A stretch of DNA of 63,706 nucleotides, the filler included, from Choristocarpus tenellus KU-1152 (lineage: Eukaryota; Protista; Phaeophyceae), in NCBI GenBank assembly GCA_964200185.2. It is 9 parts of 9 records of this genome, joined end to end, with 100 filler letters (N's around TTAATTAATTAA, not from the genome) between each part and the next. Parts side by side here need not be neighbours in the genome. Positions count along the whole stretch, not along the records: positions 9,802 to 22,927 come from CAXNAD020001581.1; positions 23,028 to 27,445 come from CAXNAD020014642.1; 7 more parts are not named here. One strand, 5' to 3'. Shown here one piece after another: positions 12,966 to 26,099 of the stretch. The notes under the pieces are model-generated. The model made no database searches, was not told the DNA's origin, and was given only the letters and a program-made list of their open reading frames with translations. Within the stretch, counting starts at the first letter, position 1. The number at the start of each line of letters is the position of its first letter. The translations under genes were made by a program, and so were the position numbers.

Positions 12966-14664
12966 AGCAGTTGAGGTGAATAAAGGAGAAGCAATGGGTA
13001 GAACGTGTGGCAGACAGTTGTGGGAAAGTTACGTCAAGGGGAATGAAGGTAGTACAGTGTCAGGATACTACATGGGGGAATACAAAGGCTGGGAGGAACA
13101 TATTGCTTGATGAAGGAGGTGAGGATGTGAAGAAGGGACGTCCAAATGACAAACACACAAGGAAGCACATCTGACATATCAGGGGAAAGATACACTTAGA
13201 CAGTCAGACTCCAATTCAACCTTCATGATCTATGCATTGAAACTGTGGATCTTTGGCTTTTGATATGTCCAGAAAAAGTGAAGTAAATGGATTGAAAATC
13301 AATTGGATTGCGATGGAAACAGGATGTGAGTTTGATATTGTACCATAGCAATCACGATTTCCATCATTTTGGGAATACTATCTCCACGAACAAGATGTAT
13401 CTCATTAACCACATAATGCTAAAACCATCCACAACAGATGGCAGAATACTACCAATTGAATCTATCAACTGTGTTACAGTAGTGACACTGTTCATGAAGA
13501 GGAAATCAATTCCATTATCAGAGGCACTATTTCCAACCGCATGACAATGACAGTTTGATAACAAGAAAAACGACCTTCCCTACCCACTGAAGAGTCCCGA
13601 TAGAGTCTTAACGACGTACAGATAGAGTGAGCTTGTCTGACATTACGATACGGCTGTGCATGGTGGATTGAAACAATTTAAGGTCCTAGCTGACACATTT
13701 TCCACGAAGATTCCAATTATCTCCACACTGCACATTAACTAGTCTGGTAAAAGAAACCCTTCAAAACAAGGATGCACTATATCACATTTGCAGGCTTTGG
13801 CTATCAACCCTTGCATATCTAGAGTTCCACACCCTGTTTGGGATTATCTTAAGGTCATGAGACAATTGTCTAATCCGAAAGGTTGTGCCCTTTGGAAGAT
13901 GACAGAGTCGCATCATATTCTTCCTAGCAAATGATTGAATATTATCAGAGTAAAAAGTACCAAGTTATCCCAAGCAAGGTAAACAGAGTAGCTACAGACC
14001 TAGAGGTGATCTTGGTGCATCCACCAATCTATACACATGTCAATGAAGGACCAGGTTCCAATTGGACAAGCATAGACTCCCTATGATAGCACAAGAGCAT
14101 ACACCTTGTATGACAACCCAACTACTTGCCCATTATCCATGCTTACAATAGCATCAAAACTCTCTTGAGCACACCGAATGTTGTACGTGCTGAGGTTGCC
14201 ACCCTGCACCCTAAGCAACACGGACATGAGCAACTACTGCTAGGACCCCAGAAAGGCTACACAAATATGTTCATGCCAAGAAAATGAATGGGATTTATTT
14301 CAGGTCCCATCACAGCGGTGGGATGGAATACCGCCTTCACGAGATATTATTGCCTTACAGTCTGTTCCTGCACCACAATTGGTCTTCCCTTCAAACTTGA
14401 AATAATCAGCAGTTTCTTGGGACAAGGCATTCATGCGTCTTGAGGGTAAAGACGACCAAGAGGTGACAATGCATCAGGGAGCATTGAGCATGGTGCGCAT
14501 GGGGTCGTGGGAAATCAGAGTTTCGAGGGAAGATGTCGAAAAGGAGGAACATCTTCTGCATGTCCTTCTACTGAGAACGAAATTTTCCTAGTGCCTTTGA
14601 GAACTCCAAATGAGTGTATTCCAGGAGATTCCACCAACAGGAATGCATCGATTACAAAATCAAT

Positions 14665-17600
14665 TCAGATATGCTCTCTTGAATCCTGTGTGTGACATTA
14701 TCCATGTGACTGTACAGAAAAAGAAATTCTTGTTCGCGGGTTCAGTTGCACATAAGGGGGACGAGGAACTACCTGATACAGCACAATAAAAATTGAGAGA
14801 GGAAAGTTTGGGAAGCTCTCATGTGGAAAATCGAGTTAGGACGAACATGAGAAGAACTGGTGGTAGAATTTCCATGATTTTCATAATCTTAGAATTTCGG
14901 TTTCGACAGAGTCCACAAAATCACCACAGATGGTACATGTGTTTGGAGCCAAGCATGTCATGCCAGGAAGCAAAAAAGGCTGCAACCTGCCATGTTCAAC
15001 TGCTCAAAGCAGTCGAGGTCACCAAGTCCACTCATTACAGCCTCCTGGGTGTTAGGATTTGTTTCTGGTTTTCATGATACACCGTTTGATGTGTTCTGAG
15101 GAATTTATGCACCTCAACTCTTGGGCATTGGTGCTGGTGATGTCGATGGTGTTTTTCCCCTCTTATGCTAGTGACCAAACAAATCGACATTGACTCCCCT
15201 TTCTTACTTGAGGCATATTTTGATTTTTTTTCTCATTTCATTCTTATTTTTTCTTCTTCTCTACGCTACCCTAAAAGCTATATATTGGATTGTGATTATG
15301 TGATTACAGATGTTGGAAGGTATTAAAACGATGTACCACGAATGATTGATACATCCATCAACAAGTGGAACATAAGCGCCTAATGCCCAGGGCTATCTTT
15401 TCACTCCACCTTCGACCACGGCTACGAGACCCACTCACAGTAATGATAACAATAATATAAGAACACAACTAGTTCAATGTAGTACTGTAAGGAGCACTCC
15501 ACTACTTGGTACAATTCAGCATTCATTATTTCGATATAGATCCAAATATGATGATAGAATTACTTACAACTTGACTTTGGGATCAGAAACTGTAGGATGC
15601 AAAGTGTACCTTGAATTTGGCGTTTGTATTGCTCCCACAAGCCCCTCACTATTGTCTGACGAATTACTTTGTCTTGCCCTTCTCCGTTTTTGTGCTCCAT
15701 CTTGGTCATGCTCTTGGTCCAGAGTTTGTTCTTGCACTTGACTCTGATATAATAGATGAGTGGAAGGATGATGAGTTCTGTGAGGGAACACGCGCTCATA
15801 CCAGTAGATTCAATATTGAGGGGGACCCTGTAGTCCCTAGGGTAGTAATATACCCCGGTTGTGTATCCAATGTCATCAGTGTGCACGTCCGTTGATTGGT
15901 TTTGGGTCGTGAAAGAGAATTGAGATAAGATTACCCATTGCACCTTCCGAAAAACTACAAAAGGGGTTGGGGTTATATACATTGAATTAGGTCTGGAGCA
16001 ACTCCAGCATCTAACCAGGGGAGGGAACCTAACCTCAGTCTCCTGTTTTCCTTGACAGCCTCAACCCTAGTCCTGTTATCCAAATCACACGCAAAATCCA
16101 TAGTAGCCCAAATATAGCAAGCAGGTAGGAAGTACAGAGCACTCACCTCAGCACCAGAAAGTATCTCTCCCCCTGAGCCCAAGCCTGCTGCTCCCCAAGC
16201 TGTCCCTGCCATCCCTACGAACCTTGCTTTCATGCTCCCATCCATCATGGATATTGGTTGTGTTGTTCCTGTTATATCTGCATTTGTCTGTGCCTCTGCT
16301 TCACCTCTTCCACCCACTGTTATCCCTGTGCTACTTTCAGATTCTCCCCATTCTACCGCCCAGGATGGTGCCTGAAGGGTAGGCTTCCACTCACCCCCAT
16401 TAGGTGGCCGTCTCAGTGGGCAGTGGGCATCAACTGCTGAAGAATAGGGAAAAGATAAGCCAGTACTTGGCTGCCTCTCCCCTCCCTGCCAGTGAATAGG
16501 TGCAAGACAGGACATCATAGTAAATGGCATGAACTCTTATCTATATTTTTCTTCGTCTCCGGTCTCTTGTTTGATGTTCCATTCAGAGCTCAATTGGAGC
16601 AACATTCGGAGGATAGATGGTGTAAAGGACAAAATAAATGTACACATTGTGCAGAGCTCAAACCGAAACGAACAGGCTATCCTAAGGTATCTAGACATGG
16701 CCCCCATCCATACGTAAAATCCCCTTCCCTATCCTCAAACTAAAGGGAGACACAAACATAATGTGTTGATAAATCCAAATGCATCCGACCCATGTTTACT
16801 ACTATGCAAAAGATTATTTTGTCGGACAATCTGCCCTAAGGGCTGGACCTATGTAAATGGCATCTTCACAAGACAAATACGATTTCGACCCATCAACATT
16901 GGGCAGCATACACTCAGAAAAAAATAGCTGCTCCAGGTATTCATCCCCGCATCAAAAGCAGGAAAGGTACAGATAGAGAGGGCATAACTCCTGACAACTG
17001 AAAGTAATCTTGCAACTCGAGGCTTCTCAATCAAGTTTGGGCATGGTATGACCAGGACTAATGGGCTGGTCTCCTCTCCATTTGTGGGATTTCTGCCGCA
17101 CACGACTGCTGCTTTTAAGTACTCGAGAGTATGTTATACTTAAATGGAACGGTTTGTTACTCTAGAGCCACCTTTTAGTTTGCTATGTTCAACTAGACTG
17201 TGCACCAGTACGATACATTGGCACTGTTTTACATGAGCTCTATCCTACCATTTAGAGTATTGTGACATAGTTTCTGATATACTGTCCGAGCCAGAACTTC
17301 TCGCATCAAGTGATCAATTACTTCCAGTCTAGTTTCCTCCAACACAAGCAATGTAAAAAGCAAGTATCCCTCTAGTCTCCACAAGTATACAAATATGTGT
17401 AGAAACTGATATCCACAGAAATCAAATGGATCAAAATATAACTATTGCTTCCAAGTTATCTTAGGTCTTTACATAATCACACTTGGACCTATATATACAT
17501 TTTTCCACACATCTTACCATTCTTGTGTCACAGGGTGCTCCATTATGGTCGGCTGGTGGTGGCAAGGTAGGATGTCCAGGTGTTGGTAGGTAGGGACCCC

Positions 17601-20600
17601 ATGCTGAAGGAAATGGTACAAGGAGTTTGGAGGGGGAGGTCGGAGCTGATAAAGACATAAAGCTGTTTTGGGAAATGCATTTAGATACTATCAAAATATA
17701 GTTGGAGTGCGCAAGACACAGGCATCTGACTCTTCCATATTAAATTTGTTGGTACTCCAGAGAGGTTGAAAAGGGGTTTCAAGCAACGTATGCTGTACAT
17801 AGTGAGGGGAAACGAAAACCATTGACAGTCACTTACAAGCACACTTCCTAGTCAAATGTGGTAGGGCTGCAAGACTCTGAAGAACCCCCCACATGAAGCC
17901 ACAACGATAGTATTGAGGATGTGATACTTGTAGGCCTCAAAATGTTAATACTTGAATTTGAAACAATCCTGGTCCCCACAATTCAAAGTCTTCAACAGTT
18001 CACTCCCACATGTTCAACACTTCATCTTTGCCAGCACAAGCATTCTTTTGAACTGACAAGGCATACTTTGGAGTAAAGGAGAACTACAATACTTGGCATC
18101 CTCATGATGCACATTTGAGGTAATAGTTTTTGGAATTCCAACGGCAAAACTACCTTTTTGGTTCCAGGTGCAAAAATTGAATGAAAATGTGTGGTGACCC
18201 ACACAACTGCTGACAATGTAACTTGAGGAAGACTTCTTTCTCAGACATACGAAATGAATAGAATAACGCCTGCCAAGGTAAAGCTACGTAATAGTTCAAA
18301 AGCAGGATGTACAAGTTGAGAGATAGTGTGGTCATGCAGAGGACCATGTTGGGAATACATGAACAGAAGAAGGTAGATGGGGACAGGATACGTGTGATTA
18401 CACATCCATTTTCAAATTTGGACGCCCCCTAATAACCTCTGTTGTTATCCATATTTTGCCATGGTGGTCAGCACCATAGACTCTAACTCCAATACAAATT
18501 ATGTATCACAATTGCAAAGCCAGAATATACGACGTTCAGGTTATTAAATATTTACACCTGATATCTCAACAGTTTGTGTCTCATATCAAAGGAATCCTTT
18601 CGTGTACACGCAAGCAAGGGTTTTCCTCCTGCCTCAAGCAAGTTTCTCACACTTTGGCTTGCTGACTTACAGTTGCTGGTTTGTTCAATAGTTCTGGGAT
18701 ATACATTTGAATGTGGTTATGGGATACAAAATCGAAATCCGGCTCAATGGGACTAATGTACATTGGAATCTCTCATGTAAGACTACTTCAATGGTGCTTT
18801 GCCTTGGCAGCAAATCACATGATGCAGTATAGACTACACTTTAGTGTAGGCAAGTCAGCAACTGTTTCAATCCCCTGGAACCGATCTTATCTGATGAAGT
18901 GGTGAGGAAGTGTGGTCACTGTTCGCAAAAGAGCACATATACCTTGCGTACTCACCCCAACATGCTGGCATTATAGCCATTTGTCAATTTTCGTCTCTTG
19001 CCTCTAATCCATATCACACGACAACAAGTCGTAAACCACTGTTGCCCTAGACTTGAGACAATTGAGTGTTTGTGGACGATAAGTAAGCTTATCGTTTCAT
19101 GCTTGGTTCTTCGAAAATCGGCACAAAAGATAAGATATAATAAACCTAGTATTCTCGAGATGACCTGTGCAGGCTTCCACTTTACATTATCCAAAATACT
19201 TGTAATATGGCAGTTGGTGAACAAACAGCACTCTTCCTAACCAATCAGAACCACAAGTCGCTCAAAACGTTCTGATACTTTAGCCTTCGATGTTATCAAT
19301 TTGCTAACACTCAAACAACTTACCATAAAGTACCTCATGATTCGAAGTCAGATATAACAATGACATTTGGGTGTTTGGAAGCGCAAACTGATACATGTCT
19401 CGATTTCTCTATGTCTATTACAAACCAAAGTCCAAATCCCAAAGTAGGTTGTGTAAATTCTCCAATGACACAAGGACTGCTCTACGTTGCCTCAGTCTTT
19501 ATTGCACAATGCACTGTGGATCGAAGTATCTTGGGGGTGGGGGGTCTACACCAGTGTGTCCATTCAGGCCCTGACCAGGAGAAGCGCACTTACATTATCC
19601 ATCCAACGCATGCAACCAAATCACCCAAAAATGGCGACATGGCAAAGTGGGGCCCAAATGGATAGCCAACCCCCCCCCCCCCCAGATACTTTGAGCCTAC
19701 GGATCATGTTTTGCCATGGACTTGGGTTTTGATATATAATGTGAACCCTTTTTTACCTCTAGTCTGGAGGGCAAGGTGGTCCAAGGCGTTTTGCTTGTTT
19801 TCCAAGCAATAAAACAAAATCGAGATTTGCGGTTGGATTTTTTTTTAGGTGCAGCAGAATACATCAAATCCTCCATAAGCAAGCAGCATGTGCATTCAAA
19901 GCAGAAATAAGAGGGCATAGGACATACTTCGCCTAGGATCTGCACCACAACATCAGCATGTGTAGACTACGCTTTATCATGCAAGCACTCAAATATACAC
20001 CTAGCCTTAGGAATATATTCGGAATATTCACACAGTTTGGCATCAATGAGAATGCAAAAACACTGATTGCAAAAGCAATATCTTTACCCTGCCCTGCCCC
20101 CAACCTCTTGTCAAGCTGCACCGTTTGCAAAACATATGTTGTCTAAGTGTCGTTTGGTTGGGCAAATCATTCAAATTCTAAATGGTATGTACTCCAGAAG
20201 CATAGTCTCTAGTCCTAAAGAGCTCTACAAGTAGTGACTCTGTTTGTATCTATCATTTTGTATACCTAGTACTGTAAAATAATACTCCAAGTATGGTATC
20301 ACACATGTACACATGAGACTTTCTTACTGTAGAGATCCCCTGCTATCATATATATATATAAATTCTTCACTGTACTCTTTAGTGGCCTACTGACCTATAC
20401 CATAGGCAACAGATTGTGTTTGGTATCCGCCAATGTACAGGCTTACCAAGGAGACATGACGCATAGAGATTTCTTTCTTACTGTTTGGTGGTGGAGCTGC
20501 CTGAGTGATGAATGGTACCACATTGACACTAAACTATCCTTGACACTGCTCTTTTATAGTCCAGATCATATTTTCCACAAGTGGGCATTGAAGCCATGGC

Positions 20601-23600
20601 AATCACACATGGCATGGCGGCTCCTACTGTATAGTATCATACAAAATTTTATCTTCATGACATATCACGGCTAAGTCCACCCCCCAACGCATCATACACG
20701 AGTGCAAACACTTAAAATCGTTTTTTTATCCTGGAAACCTACGCACTGCTACGTGTTGGTATGCATTTTTCTCACGCAATTATCCAGAATACTCAAATTA
20801 GCCACCACACACACTCTAGCGCATTTTGAAGTCACCTTGAAAAAAAGGGTATACAAGACCTTGGCAGGCACTTATTCTAACCCTATGCAATCATTTTTAT
20901 CCTGCACTTTGTGGCCTCCTACATCCTCCGCACCGAGTTACACAAATTTAACATCTTATATATAGGGAATCAAAGAGGAATTAATAAGTGCTCTTATTGT
21001 TCAGAGCGAAAAACTCTGGAAAATCCCTTACACTGCCGAAAATGGAGAAAGTTTGTGCTATTGGTGAAACCCACTGTTTGCTTGGAAAATCCATAGGGTC
21101 TTCACATAAATTTCTGTGTGTAGCACTGTGTTGTATGCTGGAAGAAATTACATACGCTTGGTTCCAGGGCAGGGTGGACATACAACTGAAAATACCATTG
21201 AAATATTCTAAAGTCATACTACAAGTGATTGTGTCATATACTCACGATCGTTTGGGTTGTTGGGCTCTGCAATCCGTCTCATGAGCTTGGCGAAGTAGCC
21301 ATACGCATGTGTCCTGATCTGCCAAGCATTGTACAGCATGATCAAATGGAATGAGGTGGAAGAAGAAAATTACATCGAATGGGAAACTACACAGATATCT
21401 GATAGTGCTAATGAAGCACTATATTCCTCACATACCTCCTTCAAAGTGAAAAGCAGAACAAGGATGATGAAAATGGGGGTAATCAACGAAGGAGGTAATA
21501 GAGAACAACACCAATACATCCTTGCCTGTGTGAGTGACTTGCGAGGGAGCAGCCTTTGGATCATTTTCCATTTTCGTCCATATAGGTCCAGCCCATGCAG
21601 GAATGCTTCATGGTCTGCTTTAAGCCAGCGCTCACGCCGTTTTCGCTTTCTCCTGTCAACCTCCCCTCCTTGCTCCTCCCCTCGCTCACTTGCCTCGTCA
21701 GCAGTGCCACTGTCAGCAGTTTCGCAGCACTCTAAATGTTTTCTTTTCCTCTCTCCAGTCCCAACTTCTTCCCCTTCGTCTTCTCCCTCGCTTTCCCCAT
21801 CAGCACAGTCGCTGCCACTGGATTCACTTCTTGCTGAACACCCATCTTGTCCTCCATTCTCCACATTGTCATCATCATCCTCATTGATCTGCCCATCGAC
21901 AGCATAGTGATTCCCTTGACTGCTCTGACTTTGAGTATAATGTGGGCCCCCTTGCACAACATTTGTTCCCATGCTTCCCCTACCATTCTCTTCCATCCGT
22001 TCGTATCCCTTTACATCACTGCCTCCATCTTCACTGCCACTGGAACAGTAACCAAGAGCACTGGTCTTACTGGTTGTGATGCTGTGTTGGTGGCTTACAG
22101 CGAATGAACTCTGGTCTCTGCTATCAACACATGTATTTCCTCCATCCTCACTTCTCATGGTGTTCCTCTTATTTCCCTCCTCTTCTTCTTCCTTGACATG
22201 TTTTCGGACATTGCCAGCTTCATAGCTTTCACTGTCTTCAGACCTTCTATGGGGAGGTTGGGTTAGGATGAGGTTGCCAGTCCTCTGTTGGTGGGAAGAA
22301 GCTGGGCTCTGGTGTCCTTGAGATGTACTCTGTCACAGTGGATGTTGATGGTAAGTAGACGTGACTTATAATGCATGTTGGGTTGGTTTTCTGTCGTGTA
22401 GGTGTCGAATGTGGTGATGGATTTCAAGCTTTGGCAGATGGATAAGATTGTCACAATAATATCTCTATTTCCAGAACAATAAAATAACATTGCAAAATAG
22501 GAACCCACAAATGCCTGAAAGAGAGCACTATCCTTTCGACCACCCAGGTATAAGGATGCTCAGGGTACTATGAAGTGCTGTAAAAACAGTTGCAGAATAC
22601 TGTACTTGGAACATTCAAGGTGTGACACAGTGACTAGACATGCAATACCAAAGATCAAGTACAAGTGTGTATGTAAGAGCTGGTTTAAATGCATAGATCG
22701 CAGGTGTACGTGGTTGACCCAAGCAGACAAGCAAAACCAGAGCCAGTACCGGTGATAGGAATACACAAACTATCAGATGGCTAACAGACATGCAGTACGG
22801 AGTAGTCACTGATGGCAATGGGCTAGGGTCGGTTCAAGAAGCATCCACGGGGTGTCACTTTTTTTTTTTCTTGCGATTGTGAGTGATAGTATCTTAGAGG
22901 GTACGAGTTTTGCCCTGTTTGTCCATTNNNNNNNNNNNNNNNNNNNNNNNNNNNNNNNNNNNNNNNNNNNNTTAATTAATTAANNNNNNNNNNNNNNNNN
23001 NNNNNNNNNNNNNNNNNNNNNNNNNNNCCGACACCCCCCTCCCCAGATACTTTGACCCAGTATCTTAGAGGGTACTAGGTTTGTGCTGTTTGTCCATTTG
23101 GAGCTTGGCTTCCCTAGGGGTTCTTACGACATTTCCCTACTCCAAAATATTGCGGAGTAGGTAAAATGTATACGTTATGAAAAGGTGGGTCTGGAACAAG
23201 GATAATGACACTTCCCAACAAACACGATAACCAAAATTGTATCTGAATCGCAACATTGGATTTTGGCCCCCAAATGGACGCGGCTCTACCCTCTAAGATA
23301 CTTTGACTCTTTAACCTGGAGTCACCAGGGATGGGCAAGGAGGGGTTTGTTAGATTATTGGTATTCTTCCCTAGCTCCTCACCCTGGAGTGCAGGAATAG
23401 GTTTGAGATACGGAAGGCAGTAGAACAACATAGTAGTAAAAGGAAATAGATTTAACATATTTCACTTTTGTGATAACTGTTACTTCTTTAGGGATTTTTT
23501 CAGATATGTGAATAGTTCTCATTAATTTTTCCCCTGGCACATCTGCAAAATGTCAGAGGGCGTAATAATAAATAACACAAGGTTATTCGACACAGAGAAC

Positions 23601-24052
23601 CCCAAGTCAGTGACAAAGCAGGTCACATTTCATCATGATACAAAGTATGTTAGGTTATTGACTTTTTTTTGGTAGGAATAGGTTTAATGACTGTGGCGTG
23701 GATTGGTGCAGTACATTGTGTTGCTTGGATAGTGTTGTGGGAGGTTGGAAGTGGTGTTGAAAGTTCCACAACAGGTCCAACCGTTTAGGAACACATACCC
23801 TTCCACCTTATTTGACCTCTCACGAGAATCGGTCAAACCTAGTTGCCTTCAGCCTGTAATGTCCACAAAGGGTATGCAACTACATACACGAAAACGACAA
23901 TCCTTTAATTGGTGTTACAATTTGCACTTCTTACATTTCTTACTTTTTCCATCATGGGCGGTTAGTTCTCCCTCAGTTCCAAAGTCAAATGTGACATGTT
24001 CATATTCCTTGGCGAGATTAACTTTTCTCAATTCAGTCCTTATGGTGGACAT
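14665..24052 (-). CDS. Multi-exon SHAQKYF-class single-repeat Myb transcription factor gene (outer boundaries tentative; spans one assembly linker)
   Basis: Chain of AG/GT-bounded exons, several junctions phase-checked: MSTIRTELRK (ATG 24052), 22329-21526, 21318-21246, LVCPPCPGTK, AAPPPNSKKEISMRHVSL, GKRRKLTNGYNASMLG, PIEPDFDFVSHNHIQMYIPELLNKPAT, PTSPSKLLVPFPSAWG..., 16.5-16.15 kb exon, SQVQEQTLDQEH..., ending DSREHI*. Confidence 0.65.
19518..19697. mobile_element. MITE family B, older copy in a Myb gene intron
   Basis: CGAAGTATCTTGGGG...CCCCAGATACTTTGAGCC; TSD not recognisable. Confidence 0.85.
21246..21318 (-). CDS. Myb gene exon carrying the recognition helix (IRTHAYGYFAKL)
   Basis: cag|ATC AGG ACA CAT GCG TAT GGC TAC TTC...GAT C|gtgag; equivalent to IRSHAQKYF. 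Confidence 0.85.
21526..22329 (-). CDS. Myb gene large exon: acidic low-complexity region, basic NLS-like stretch and first two Myb helices
   Basis: Open 804-nt exon ending RKRKRRERWLKADHEAFLHGLDLYGRKWKMIQRLLPRKSLTQ|gcaag. Confidence 0.88.
22881..22927. mobile_element. MITE family A end, truncated by gap
   Basis: GAGTGATAGTATCTTAGAGGGTACG... into Ns. Confidence 0.8.
23028..23058. mobile_element. MITE family B end, abutting a family A TIR
   Basis: CCCCCAGATACTTTGACCC directly followed by AGTATCTTAGAGGG. Confidence 0.8.
23059..23309. mobile_element. MITE family A, left TIR interrupted
   Basis: AGTATCTTAGAGGGTA...TACCCTCTAAGATACTTTGACTC. Confidence 0.88.
23310..23575 (+). mobile_element. CRE-like LINE 3' fragment
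   Basis: Colinear with 10385-10660 (GATGGGCAAGGAGGGG...CAGAGGGCG(TAA)n). Confidence 0.8.
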
Positions 24053-25199
24053 GACATGCGGGTTTTAGATATCCTGTTGGAACACTTTCAAATAATTAAT
24101 ATCTATTTCGACACTTTCTGAATTTCCGAGTGTTGTAAATCGTAGCGATTGAATCGGTTCGATTCGATTAAATCGCAGTTTAACCGAAATCGAGAATCTT
24201 GGGATCGATTATTTGGCAATTTTTGTATTTTTCGTATATGGAATCTTCGGGAGAGAGAAGGACAGACATAGACACACAACGAACAACTACAAAAGCACGA
24301 TAAACATTTCTTGGACTGAAAATAACTCCTGAGTGTGCCCAGGTACTCTGACCACGGCGAGGGTGGGTTCATGCACGAGTAAGATGTTGATCCATGTGGC
24401 GGATATGCCCATCCATCCACATGTGGAGGATGATGGCAAGGAAGGTGGAGGGTCAGAAAGTGATGACAATGTACAGCTCAATGGTGGTCCATTCATTTCA
24501 CAGTGGCCCGCTTCCTTTACCTCAGGCCTTCCATCGTTCTTCACCCGAATATTGATGGTCATCCCAAGAACATTTCGACATTCGAGTGGGAGGTAAGCAG
24601 TTGGCATAGAGGGAGTAAAAACAGAAACTGGACGCGCTGTAGGAGGAATAAAGTGTAGAAGAATATTGCCGACACCTGTCAAACCTTTCGTAAATGAGCT
24701 CTAACTTTGGCCTTTTAATGTTTTTATTGATATATGTACTGCCCATTCTTCTTTCCTTCATACCCAATGTTGTGTTGAGTTCTCCACCTACTTTAAGTCA
24801 TTTGTCGTTTTTTGATGTTTCTCTCTATTGTACCACTCTCTCTCCAATCATATGCCTCTCTTACCCATTTCCCATCTCACCACTTTTAGTCTTGTTCTTT
24901 TGCGATTCTCAGGTGATGAGTCTAGAAATAAATTACTTGAGCCCATAATCGAATCACAGAAGACTCGTGAAGGGCTTACACTTCAAGTTTGTGACAGTGC
25001 CCCTATCCCTGTTTGTCTCTCTATGATATACAAGTGGAGCTCAAGAAAGCAGTGGAAATCTGCAGCGCCTTCAAAGACACCTCCCCAGAACCAAGCGAAA
25101 GCACAAAATATTGTATGCCATTGGACAAGTGCGATGATAGGTGATTTCTTCTTGAGCCACTTTGGTACAGGAAGAGTATTGCACAGTACTCTAAGGGTG

Positions 25200-25874
25200 A
25201 AAACAAGGATCTCAGCGGGCATAGTGGAAGCAGATCTTGGCTACTTGTCTGGATCCCAGAACTAAAATATTTTATGTATTCTAGAGAAGAATGAGCATGG
25301 AGACACTTGGAAGAAGGGTGGAGCTGGAAGTTCTAGGAATTGTTGAGGAGGAGCAGAGAGGACACATAGGAGAAAGATAACTATGGTGTGGTGAAACCAA
25401 GCTCACATCCATGTACTGCCTCTCTTGAGCGGCGGTGACGCTCTCATTAAAGACACAAGGGTTCGTAAGAGTTTTCCTTGCAATGTGTACAGGGAGCTTA
25501 GCTTGTGATGATGGTGAGATATTGGATAGAACACACGGTCAGGGAGCACGTGGAGGAAGCAGTACATGTAGAGGAAGCCTTCAACATAGCAGAAGGGCTA
25601 CCAAAAATTGATACCGACAAGTAGAACATACGACAACCCTCTCAATCAAGTGGTGGCGAGAAATGAGCTCAGAATTTCCGCACCTGGACAAACTTGCTTG
25701 TCGCATTTTGACCATTCCGCCTACACGAGTAGACTCAGAGTGAATGTTCTCAACAACTGGGAATATTGCGACCTCAAACTGAACAGACTCGACCCAGATG
25801 ATATGCAGTTCCTTGTCTCCTTTGCTACCCATTGGATGGAGGTGTTAGCGGATAGTGTTGCTGATACACGATAG
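25200..25874 (+). mobile_element. hAT transposase C-terminal remnant
   Basis: ILATCLDPRTK, then KWWREMSSEFPHLDKLACRILTIPPTRVDSE*MFSTTGNIAT and NRLDPDD, i.e. the hAT dimerisation domain with stop and frameshifts. Confidence 0.8.
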
Positions 25875-26099
25875 ACACCACCAGTGGAGTAGTTAAGTCA
25901 CATAATATATGTGGGTCAATGGCAATACAGAAGCAGCTACCAAAGAATACTAGGAGTCAGTCAGGCATGCGGACATGATACATACTATTCACACGCATAT
26001 ATACATAAATATATCTAGCAGTCAACACATATACAGACATGTATATAGAGCACTCAACGCACATATTCTTAGGTTCACCCCACCCGATATTCCATGCCC

